Below are positions 1 to 7,233 of a stretch of DNA of 20,000 bases, one piece after another. The DNA is from an uncultured virus (IMG/VR IMGVR_UViG_3300035498_001325) (lineage: Duplodnaviria > Heunggongvirae > Uroviricota > Caudoviricetes). The position numbers and the translations under genes were made by a program. The notes beneath the pieces are model-generated. The model saw only the letters and a program-made list of their open reading frames with translations, did no database searches and had not been told where the DNA came from. The DNA is taken from the IMG/VR virus record IMGVR_UViG_3300035498_001325; one strand, written 5' to 3'. Within the stretch, counting starts at the first letter, position 1. Each line of letters opens with the position of its first letter.

Positions 1-105
1 GAAAATCAGATTAAAGATAGTCATACAATTTGTGCAAAGGTTATGGCTAAAGGCAACAAACTTGAAAAACTTGAAGAAGCTTTCTTGTATGACGATAACT
101 ACTAA
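1..105 (+). CDS. 3' end of an unknown CDS (partial)
   Basis: Frame 1 is open from base 1 (ENQIKDSHTICAKVMAKGNKLEKLEEAFLYDDNY) to TAA 103-105, followed immediately by a terminator. Confidence 0.6.
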   Translation, partial: ENQIKDSHTICAKVMAKGNKLEKLEEAFLYDDNY

Positions 106-139
106 AAAAATAGGGTGGATTTATTCCACCCTTATTTTA
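104..139. terminator. Bidirectional intrinsic terminator
   Basis: AGGGTGGA-tttat-TCCACCCT hairpin with an A-tract before and T-rich tract after, between convergent genes. Confidence 0.8.
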
Positions 140-1781
140 TATCCTTAATTAATAATTGGATTGTAAATGTACCTTTTGGAAATTCATTATACTGCACTGA
201 ATAAATAATATTTATTTTTCCATTTAATTCATCAAATATATTTACTAATTGAGAAAAACCAATAGCTTTAAATTTATTACCTTTTTGAGATAATTCCATT
301 TGTACTACGTTTTTATTTTTACCTACTATTCTCTTACTTATTATTTCAACATCTTCTGTATAGAATAAAGGTTCTTCATTCTTTTCTCCAAAAGGCTGCA
401 ATTGATTTAAGTTATTAAGCATTTTATTAGATATTAAATTAAAGTCTATTTGATTGATTATATCAATAGAATTTTGTTCTATCTCATTGTTTTTTAAAAA
501 ATCTCTATAATCTTCATTACATATTTTCTTTAATTTATCTAAATTACTTGCTTCAACTTTAAGACCACACGCACTTTTATGACCGCCACCTTCTATAAAG
601 TCATTTTTTTCTACAATTTGATTTATAGGATAATTATATACAGACCTGCCTGAACCGTGTAAATGTTCTTCACCGCATAAACAAAAACAAGGTTTATTAT
701 ATCTGCCGCTTATTTCTCCTGCAATGATACCAACTATACCTGTAAGATTTTCTTTTATATGTATAACGATAAAATCATCATTATCATCTACTACTAAATC
801 ATTTATTATATTGCTTTGTATTTCTTTTCTTTTTGTATTAAGATTTATTAAATAGTTTGCTTTTTGTTTGCATTTAGCTATATCTTCTTCTAAGAATAAA
901 TCCATAACTAAATCAGCACTTTCTAATCTACCTGCTGCATTTATACAAGGAGCTATATAAAAACCTACATCAGTTGAAGTTATTTTGTGGATATTTAAAG
1001 CTCTTATAAGTTCTCTAAGACCTATATTCTTAGCACCTCTACTTAATAAATCTAAGCCTTTTTTTACAATTAGTCTATTCTCGTCTAATAAAGGCATTAC
1101 ATCTGCTATAGTTGCTATACAGGTTAATTCTGTTATTTCTTCAACTAAGAGAATATCATAAAAAGAAGTCTGTATTTTATATTCTTCAAATTCTTTTAAT
1201 TTATCTAGTAATGCAATAGCTAATTTATAAGCAACAAAACAACCGCAAATATTTTTAAATGGGTAACTATTATCAATTTGAGGATTTACTGTTATTTCTG
1301 TTGGTAATATGTCATCCTCAAAACTATGGTGGTCAGTTACAATAACGTCTATACCTAATGAATTTGCGTATTTAACCTGTTCGTGAGCTTTTATACCATT
1401 ATCTACTGTAATAATCAAGTTAGTGTTCTTATCGTCCGCTACGTCTATTAAATGCTGATTTATACCATATCCATCAGTAAATCTATTAGGTATAAGAAAA
1501 TTGACTGCAACAAATTCTTTTAAGGCTAAATACAATACAGTCGTAGAACAAACGCCATCTACGTCATAATCACCTATTATTGTAACTATTTCTTTATTCT
1601 GTATAGCCTTTATTATTCTTTCTATTGCTTTATCCATATTAGTAAGCAAATATGGACTATGTTCTTTAATATTGAAATTTATGAAGTTCAATATATCCTC
1701 TTTACTCATTTTCTTATAATCAAGTATATTCTTCATTATATCTTTTAGTGTTTCTGCTTTGTTTAATATATTATATTCCAT
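132..1781 (-). CDS. recJ: RecJ ssDNA 5'-3' exonuclease (DHH/DHHA1)
   Basis: Motifs GDYDVDG, TVDNG, TDHH, ATIADVMPL, APCINAAGRL, GSGRS, GGGH and QPFGEKNEEP. ATG 1781 has SD GAGGTG at 6 nt; the ORF track starts at GTG 1790. Confidence 0.93.
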   Translation of the reverse strand: MEYNILNKAETLKDIMKNILDYKKMSKEDILNFINFNIKEHSPYLLTNMDKAIERIIKAIQNKEIVTIIGDYDVDGVCSTTVLYLALKEFVAVNFLIPNRFTDGYGINQHLIDVADDKNTNLIITVDNGIKAHEQVKYANSLGIDVIVTDHHSFEDDILPTEITVNPQIDNSYPFKNICGCFVAYKLAIALLDKLKEFEEYKIQTSFYDILLVEEITELTCIATIADVMPLLDENRLIVKKGLDLLSRGAKNIGLRELIRALNIHKITSTDVGFYIAPCINAAGRLESADLVMDLFLEEDIAKCKQKANYLINLNTKRKEIQSNIINDLVVDDNDDFIVIHIKENLTGIVGIIAGEISGRYNKPCFCLCGEEHLHGSGRSVYNYPINQIVEKNDFIEGGGHKSACGLKVEASNLDKLKKICNEDYRDFLKNNEIEQNSIDIINQIDFNLISNKMLNNLNQLQPFGEKNEEPLFYTEDVEIISKRIVGKNKNVVQMELSQKGNKFKAIGFSQLVNIFDELNGKINIIYSVQYNEFPKGTFTIQLLIKDIK

Positions 1782-1804
1782 TCCGTTCACCTCTTCCTCA
1801 ATAT

Positions 1805-1960
1805 ATTATAAAAGCCTGTACTTTGTGACATACTCCCCCACCTACGCTACGCTAAGAGGTGGGAGCTTCTGATTCAACAGACGTTTCCCACTCAATACAT
1901 CCAGTGATGTAAGTATCAATGGGCTAACCCCGTGTGTCCCACGGTTCTTTTATACTAAGA
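1805..1960 (-). ncRNA. TnpB omegaRNA (reRNA): scaffold plus flank-derived guide
   Basis: GC-richer structured segment after the tnpB stop (GAACCGTGGGACACACGGGGTTAGCCC... to TCAC), followed by the putative guide AAAGTACAGGCTTTTATAAT (1824-1805). The 5' end is uncertain and may overlap tnpB. Confidence 0.75.
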
Positions 1961-3058
1961 TAATGCTATTCGCATACCCTCGTTTTTGATATTTATACTT
2001 GCATTTACATCCCTGTCGTGATGTGTTCCACATTGAGGGCAATCCCACGCTCTGATTGACAAATTCTTTGTATCGGGGTTTTTATATCCGCAACAAGAAC
2101 AAGTTTGAGAACTTGCAAAAAACTTGTCTATCTTAATCAGTTGTTTGCCTTGTTCTTCCAACTTGTATTTCAAAAATGTTGTAAACATTCCCCAACCATT
2201 ATCCGCTACAGACTTTCCAAAGTTCAACGCTTGTGACATTGCTTTCATATCAAGATTTTCAATACAAACACAATCGTAATTTTTAGCTAACTTGTTTGAT
2301 AACTTATGTAAGAAATCTTTCCTTTGGTTAGTTACCTTTTCAAATAGTCTATCAACTTTTAGACGTTGTTTGTTACGATTATTACTACCCTTAACACACT
2401 TAGATAGTTTTCGTTGTTCTTTTGCAAGTCTTTTCTGTACTTGTCTGTAGTACCTTGGACACTCTGCAAAAGTGTTATTATTAGCAACGTATAACTCTTT
2501 CATTGAGAAATCAAAACCTAGGAAAGTTGTGGGTTCTATTGCTTGTACTTGGCTTTCGTACTCGCATAAGATACTTACATAATACTTTCCACTTGGAGTT
2601 TGGCTAATCGTTGCGGATTTTATTTTGTAGTCATTTGGAATTTGCCTATGTACCTTGACTTTAACTAAATCCTTTAGTTTAGGTAATTTTAATAGGTTGT
2701 TTTCTAAAGTGATACTGCCTTTTTGATTGTTAGTAGTATAACTTTTTCTATTCTTATGCTTAGATTTGAACTTAGGAAATCCCACTTTTGGATTGGTGAA
2801 AAAACTCTTGAACGCTTTTTGCAAGTTCATCTGAACATTAGAAAGTGCTAAACTATCAACGTCTTTGAGCCATTCAAATTCGGTCTTATACTGTGCAGGT
2901 GTATTATTTAGAGTTTGCTTATGCTCTTTGTAGTAGTCTATCTTATCTAATAACATCTTATTCCAAATAAACCTAACACATCCAAAACATTGAGCAAAGA
3001 ATACTCTCTGTTCATCGTTTGGATATATTCTAAACTTATAGGCTTTATTACGTTTCAT
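1955..3058 (-). CDS. tnpB: RNA-guided endonuclease TnpB (367 aa)
   Basis: N-terminal KAYKFRIYP, RuvC-I GFDFS, RuvC-II IENL, Zn finger CSCC/CPQC, RuvC-III DRDVNASINI. ATG 3058 is preceded by SD GGAGG; the 47-aa extension in the ORF track spans the left-end hairpin and promoter. Confidence 0.95.
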   Translation of the reverse strand: MKRNKAYKFRIYPNDEQRVFFAQCFGCVRFIWNKMLLDKIDYYKEHKQTLNNTPAQYKTEFEWLKDVDSLALSNVQMNLQKAFKSFFTNPKVGFPKFKSKHKNRKSYTTNNQKGSITLENNLLKLPKLKDLVKVKVHRQIPNDYKIKSATISQTPSGKYYVSILCEYESQVQAIEPTTFLGFDFSMKELYVANNNTFAECPRYYRQVQKRLAKEQRKLSKCVKGSNNRNKQRLKVDRLFEKVTNQRKDFLHKLSNKLAKNYDCVCIENLDMKAMSQALNFGKSVADNGWGMFTTFLKYKLEEQGKQLIKIDKFFASSQTCSCCGYKNPDTKNLSIRAWDCPQCGTHHDRDVNASINIKNEGMRIALS

Positions 3059-3091
3059 TTTTTCTCCTCCAATCCTAAAATTTATGATATT

Positions 3092-3120
3092 ATTATAATA
3101 CTTTACACTTAATTTGTCAA
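3092..3120 (-). promoter_or_regulatory. sigmaA promoter inside the IS, driving tnpB
   Basis: TTGACA-17nt-TATAAT, perfect consensus. Confidence 0.85.
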
Positions 3121-3192
3121 TAGTGAAACGCAATTCTTCCCCCACTTTAGAAGTGGGGGAATTCTTGCTGAAATTAGTTAAATAAATTTTTC

Positions 3193-3221
3193 TTGACAAA
3201 TAATAAAATAAGTAATATAAT
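3193..3221 (+). promoter_or_regulatory. sigmaA promoter for the 23-aa peptide
   Basis: TTGACA(3193)-17nt-TATAAT(3216). Confidence 0.85.
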
Positions 3222-3241
3222 AAGTATGAGGTGATAAATAT

Positions 3242-3313
3242 ATGAGTATTAATTTAATACCATTTATAGTTTTCATGGGGAGCGTTGTAATGTCTGTCAA
3301 AATATTCTTTTAA
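3242..3313 (+). CDS. 23-aa hydrophobic peptide MSINLIPFIVFMGSVVMSVKIFF
   Basis: Has its own consensus promoter, SD GAGGTG and a terminator directly after the stop. Not in the ORF track. Confidence 0.7.
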   Translation: MSINLIPFIVFMGSVVMSVKIFF

Positions 3314-3341
3314 AAAGGGAGATAAATAATTATCTCCCTTT
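3313..3341. terminator. Bidirectional intrinsic terminator
   Basis: AAAGGGAGATAA-ataa-TTATCTCCCTTT. Confidence 0.8.
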
Positions 3342-3345
3342 AACA

Positions 3346-4170
3346 TTAACTTTCTTTAATTGTATTAAACATTTCTTTTAAATCATTATTTATAATATGT
3401 TTTATCTTTGAATTAAAGGATTTATAATAATAATTATTACTTAAATCAAAAACCATAGAGAATAACAAATCACAACTATATGAGAAATTATTCTTTAATT
3501 CAGGCACTTTATCTTTTAAATTAAATTGTTTAATACTGAAATTATCAAACTCAACATACCCAAAATTTTGTAAGATATATTCCAAGTTTTTATTTATATC
3601 TTTCTTATTTCTCAAACTCTTTTTGTCAAAAGTACTTGTATCGTTTACACAAGTTTTTAATATAATATTAAATTCTTTAATTTTACATAATTGCTTAAAA
3701 GTAAAGTTGTGTGACATAACCTCACAAAACATATAATCTTTATCTGTTAATGCTTTAATAAGAGTTGTATCTATTTTATATACTTCTATATGTACTTCGT
3801 TTATGTTCTTATTCTTTATTAAAAACTCAATATTTTCAATTTTATCTAAATCTTCTTGATGAATATGTATCTTAATATAACAGTTCTTTTTATTTAATAA
3901 TCCTAAAAGCTCGTCTAACTGAGGATGGTTAAATAATTTTAATCCATATATATTTATTTCAGAGAAAAGCAAAATTTCCTTTATAAACTCATATTTAGTT
4001 ATATCTGCATATTCCACATAACCATAAGGATTATAACTACTAATAACAATATTATATATTTCAGGAAATTCAGGCTTATAGAAATCATCTTTTGTTTCTC
4101 TTACACGGTAATTATTCTCAAATACCTTTATAACATAGTTCCCGTTTTTGCATTTATGTCTATATTCCAT
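3346..4170 (-). CDS. Degenerate phage radical-SAM-like protein lacking CxxxCxxC
   Basis: KNGNY..K.......RET.DD...PEFPE N-terminus, NHPQL, FDN..I.Q and EMF..I C-terminus resemble a phage radical-SAM family as I recall it. No cysteine triad is present. Confidence 0.6.
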   Translation of the reverse strand: MEYRHKCKNGNYVIKVFENNYRVRETKDDFYKPEFPEIYNIVISSYNPYGYVEYADITKYEFIKEILLFSEINIYGLKLFNHPQLDELLGLLNKKNCYIKIHIHQEDLDKIENIEFLIKNKNINEVHIEVYKIDTTLIKALTDKDYMFCEVMSHNFTFKQLCKIKEFNIILKTCVNDTSTFDKKSLRNKKDINKNLEYILQNFGYVEFDNFSIKQFNLKDKVPELKNNFSYSCDLLFSMVFDLSNNYYYKSFNSKIKHIINNDLKEMFNTIKES

Positions 4171-4190
4171 TCTTCACCATTCCTTTTTTG

Positions 4191-4685
4191 CTATTTCATA
4201 ACTTTCCACTTCAAATGGTAAAGAAAACTCGTCAGAGGTAAAGTATTGTTTATTGACTTTTGGAATTTCTTTATTCTTCTATGAACACTTCTTTCAGTAA
4301 TATCAAAATGTTTAGCAGTTAAGTATAATATATCACTTGTTTTGCAATTTGGTATATTATTTATCAAGTTCATTACATAAACAATAGTTATATTTTTAGA
4401 TTTATACTTATTAAATAATTTATTTACCATCAATTCATCATTAAAAGAATAAGTATTATTATCTACTTTTTTTGTAAATCTCTCAATCTTATTATCTTGT
4501 ATGTTTTTTAATATAAGACTACTTGTTTTTTTAACAGATAAATCAGAATATCTATTAAATATTTCACGGGTATAAGTATTAGGACTTTTTTGTTCCTTTT
4601 GATAATTAAAAACATAGTTAATTACAGCTTTTTCATTGATACCAATTTCTTTGCAATATTCCTCAATAGTTGCATAAGATGTCAT
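4191..4685 (-). CDS. Putative DNA-binding protein with C-terminal HTH
   Basis: TAKHFDITERSVHRRIKK is an HTH-like motif. SD GGAGGT. Confidence 0.55.
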   Translation of the reverse strand: MTSYATIEEYCKEIGINEKAVINYVFNYQKEQKSPNTYTREIFNRYSDLSVKKTSSLILKNIQDNKIERFTKKVDNNTYSFNDELMVNKLFNKYKSKNITIVYVMNLINNIPNCKTSDILYLTAKHFDITERSVHRRIKKFQKSINNTLPLTSFLYHLKWKVMK

Positions 4686-4737
4686 ATTTTTACCTCCCTT
4701 AAAAATTACTTATATACAACAAGTTCTTTATAGGATG

Positions 4738-4766
4738 ATTATAACATAAATTGGTAATTAAGTCAA
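4738..4766 (-). promoter_or_regulatory. sigmaA promoter (extended -10)
   Basis: TTGACT-17nt-TATAAT with TGn. Confidence 0.75.
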
Positions 4767-4928
4767 TACCAGTATAAAAATATTTTTAAAAATCATAAAC
4801 ATTTCATTTGTACTGTTAAGTATAATCTTATTTATTTTTCTATATAATATATTTTTTTATCAGTACAAAAGAATATATTTAGTAAAAATCAAGTAGGTTA
4901 TTTATAGTATTTTTAGGAGTGTGATATT

Positions 4929-5873
4929 ATGCCAGATTTAAAGAATCAAGAAATCGACTACACTACTTATGGTTTAGGTTGTATACCTGATGAATATGAC
5001 CCAAGAGATTATGTTTATACTCCACCAGCAGGTGCAAGCTCAACTATTTATCCTATATCATTTAGATTAAAGCAAATGCCTATTAAAAATCAACAGAATA
5101 TTAATTCTTGTGTTGCTCACGCTTGTGCTTTGATTAAAGAAATACAAGAGTATTATGAAACAGGTAGAGAATTAAGATTTAGTGTTGGTTTCCTTTATGG
5201 TTACAGATTAAGTAATCAGTATCAAGGTGAGGGTATGTACCCAAGAGAAGCATTAACAAATATGTTAAATATTGGTAATGTTTTATATGATTTATTTCCT
5301 GAAAATTTCGAATATAACGATATTCAACCTATCGTTACAGCTAAAAAGGCTAACTGCTTAAAGAACGCAGGTGAATATAAGATTAAGAGCTATGCAAGAG
5401 TTACTGATTCTAACTCTGTAAAAGCTGCTCTTTATGGCAACAATTCTCCTGTTATGGTTATTTGTAATATTTACAATAACTTCTATAAGGTAGATGGTAG
5501 TGGTATTGTTCCTAATAAGAGTGGTACTTCAACAGGTAGCCATGCAATGGTTATTATTGGTTGGACTACTTTAAACGACAAAGAATATTATGTTGTTCAG
5601 AACAGCTGGGGTCCTGAATGGGCAGATAATGGCTTATGCTATATTCCTACTGACAGTGATATTATTACTGATATGTATACATCTGTTGATAAGGAAAATA
5701 CAACCATTACATTCTCTGATGTAACAGGTGGTAAGCACTGGGCTGAAAGTTATATCAAGACTTGTGTAAAAGCAGGTTTAATCAATGGTTATACAGACGG
5801 CACTTTCAAACCTAACGATACAATTACAAGAGCTGAAATTTGTACTATGTTTGCTAAGTTGTTAAATAAATAA
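4929..5873 (+). CDS. Papain-like (C1) cysteine peptidase with C-terminal SLH domain
   Basis: Q..NSCVAHA (Gln/Cys), GSHAMVIIGW (His), QNSWGPEW (Asn). SLH: FSDV..HWA...GLINGYTDGTFKPNDTITRAE. No signal peptide visible. Confidence 0.9.
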   Translation: MPDLKNQEIDYTTYGLGCIPDEYDPRDYVYTPPAGASSTIYPISFRLKQMPIKNQQNINSCVAHACALIKEIQEYYETGRELRFSVGFLYGYRLSNQYQGEGMYPREALTNMLNIGNVLYDLFPENFEYNDIQPIVTAKKANCLKNAGEYKIKSYARVTDSNSVKAALYGNNSPVMVICNIYNNFYKVDGSGIVPNKSGTSTGSHAMVIIGWTTLNDKEYYVVQNSWGPEWADNGLCYIPTDSDIITDMYTSVDKENTTITFSDVTGGKHWAESYIKTCVKAGLINGYTDGTFKPNDTITRAEICTMFAKLLNK

Positions 5874-5916
5874 TTTATTAAGCAAAAGTGAACTATAAAT
5901 TTTACTAAATATATAA

Positions 5917-5959
5917 GAAAAAGTAGTAGTAAATCAAATTTTACTACTACTTATTTTTT
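5917..5959. terminator. Bidirectional intrinsic terminator
   Basis: AAGTAGTAGTAAA...TTTACTACTACTT between convergent genes. Confidence 0.75.
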
Positions 5960-6491
5960 ATTTTAAATAATTATATATATCTATCCAATTATTAACCCTA
6001 TGTAAAAGTTCTCCCTCATAAAATTCTTGATTATAAGGTCTGTTATATACTAAAACCTTTATTCTTCTTTTTAATAAATCATATATATTGTATGGACTAT
6101 CGTCAATCATAATATCTATATTATTATTTATACAAGCTTTTCCTTTATTACCTGCATTAAATAAAATATTATCATATAAAATTCCATTTTCCTTTAACCA
6201 TTTAATAGTTTCATCAGAAGAAGAATAATCTCTTGCGGTAATAATAATTATTTTATTATTTCTTTTTAATTTCTTAATAAAAAACTTAGCATACTTTTCA
6301 ATAAACAAATCTGTATTATAGAAAGTATTTATCATTTCATCATATTCAATATCGCCAAGCTCATTTTTTAAATAATTTGAATTATTATAATTTGATTTAT
6401 CTAAAATAATATTGTAATTCTTTTCAAGGAAGTTCCAATATTCATCACAAAAATTATTTAATGTGCTATCTATATCTATACCAATATTCAT
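5958..6491 (-). CDS. HAD-family 5'(3')-deoxyribonucleotidase (NT5C-like)
   Basis: IGIDIDSTL (DxD), ITAR, K, IDDSP and RPYN motifs. Confidence 0.85.
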   Translation of the reverse strand: MNIGIDIDSTLNNFCDEYWNFLEKNYNIILDKSNYNNSNYLKNELGDIEYDEMINTFYNTDLFIEKYAKFFIKKLKRNNKIIIITARDYSSSDETIKWLKENGILYDNILFNAGNKGKACINNNIDIMIDDSPYNIYDLLKRRIKVLVYNRPYNQEFYEGELLHRVNNWIDIYNYLK

Positions 6492-6576
6492 ATATAATCC
6501 ACCTTAAAAAAACCTTTTTATTTTAATATAAAAGAAAGAGTTAAATTTATAAAAAAATAAAAAGGGGGAGTTTTTA

Positions 6577-6840
6577 ATGAAAAATATCAAATATACAGAT
6601 AACATTATATCTAAGGTAAAAGAATTATTAAAAAATACCGAGTATAGTGATATTCTTAAATTTGGAAATATTAGCATTGAATATGCTGCTGGTTTCTATT
6701 TGTTAAACAATATTACTTTTAAGAAAAACGGTAAAGCAATTTATGTATATAATCATAGAATTGCTTCTGAAGAACAAACCTTATTTATTTATGATAGTTT
6801 TGACGAACTAATTGATGGAAATGTAAAAAGAACAGTGTGA
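6577..6840 (+). CDS. Hypothetical protein
   Basis: 87-aa ORF with SD GGGGAG, first gene of a + strand run leading to thyX. Confidence 0.7.
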   Translation: MKNIKYTDNIISKVKELLKNTEYSDILKFGNISIEYAAGFYLLNNITFKKNGKAIYVYNHRIASEEQTLFIYDSFDELIDGNVKRTV

Positions 6841-6858
6841 GAAAGGAAAAACATATAT

Positions 6859-7212
6859 ATGTTAAAAATATGGGAATTGCTGTATGATTTATTTATAACA
6901 GAAATTGATGATAAACATTTTATGAAAGACTTTTATTTTGTAGGAGATATTCTTTATATTCCTACAAATGACTTTGTTGTTAAAGTAGATGTAAAAAAAT
7001 CAAATTGGGGCGATTATTACGACACTGTATGTTTTGAAGTAATAACAAAAAATGGTGTTATAGATAAAATTGAAATTAATTTAGGTGTACTTTTTAATTC
7101 TAAATTCATAAGTGGGAATATAGAATGGAAGCCCGAAGAACCTACCAAAGAAGAAATATTAGAAATAAGAAAGTTTTTACATAATGTATTAAAAATATAT
7201 AGCAAAATTTAA
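6859..7212 (+). CDS. Hypothetical protein
   Basis: 117-aa ORF with SD AAAGGA, closely spaced in the run. Confidence 0.7.
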   Translation: MLKIWELLYDLFITEIDDKHFMKDFYFVGDILYIPTNDFVVKVDVKKSNWGDYYDTVCFEVITKNGVIDKIEINLGVLFNSKFISGNIEWKPEEPTKEEILEIRKFLHNVLKIYSKI

Positions 7213-7233
7213 TAGAAATGAGGAAAAAACAAT

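Larger units (their letters stand above)
1825..3181 (-). mobile_element. Non-autonomous IS200/IS605-family element (tnpB only, IS1341-like)
   Basis: Left-end hairpin TTCCCCCACTT-tag-AAGTGGGGGAA (3137-3161). Right-end hairpin (CTCCCCCACCT...AGGTGGGAG, 1833-1865) ends in TCAC on the - strand at 1825. No tnpA. The left boundary is uncertain: 3181 if the TAM is TTTAT, 3177 if TTTAA. Confidence 0.85.

Noticed and set aside
3059..3199. 47-aa N-terminal extension of TnpB in the ORF track
   Set aside because: It spans the IS left-end hairpin and promoter; ATG 3058 has a strong SD and a canonical TnpB start
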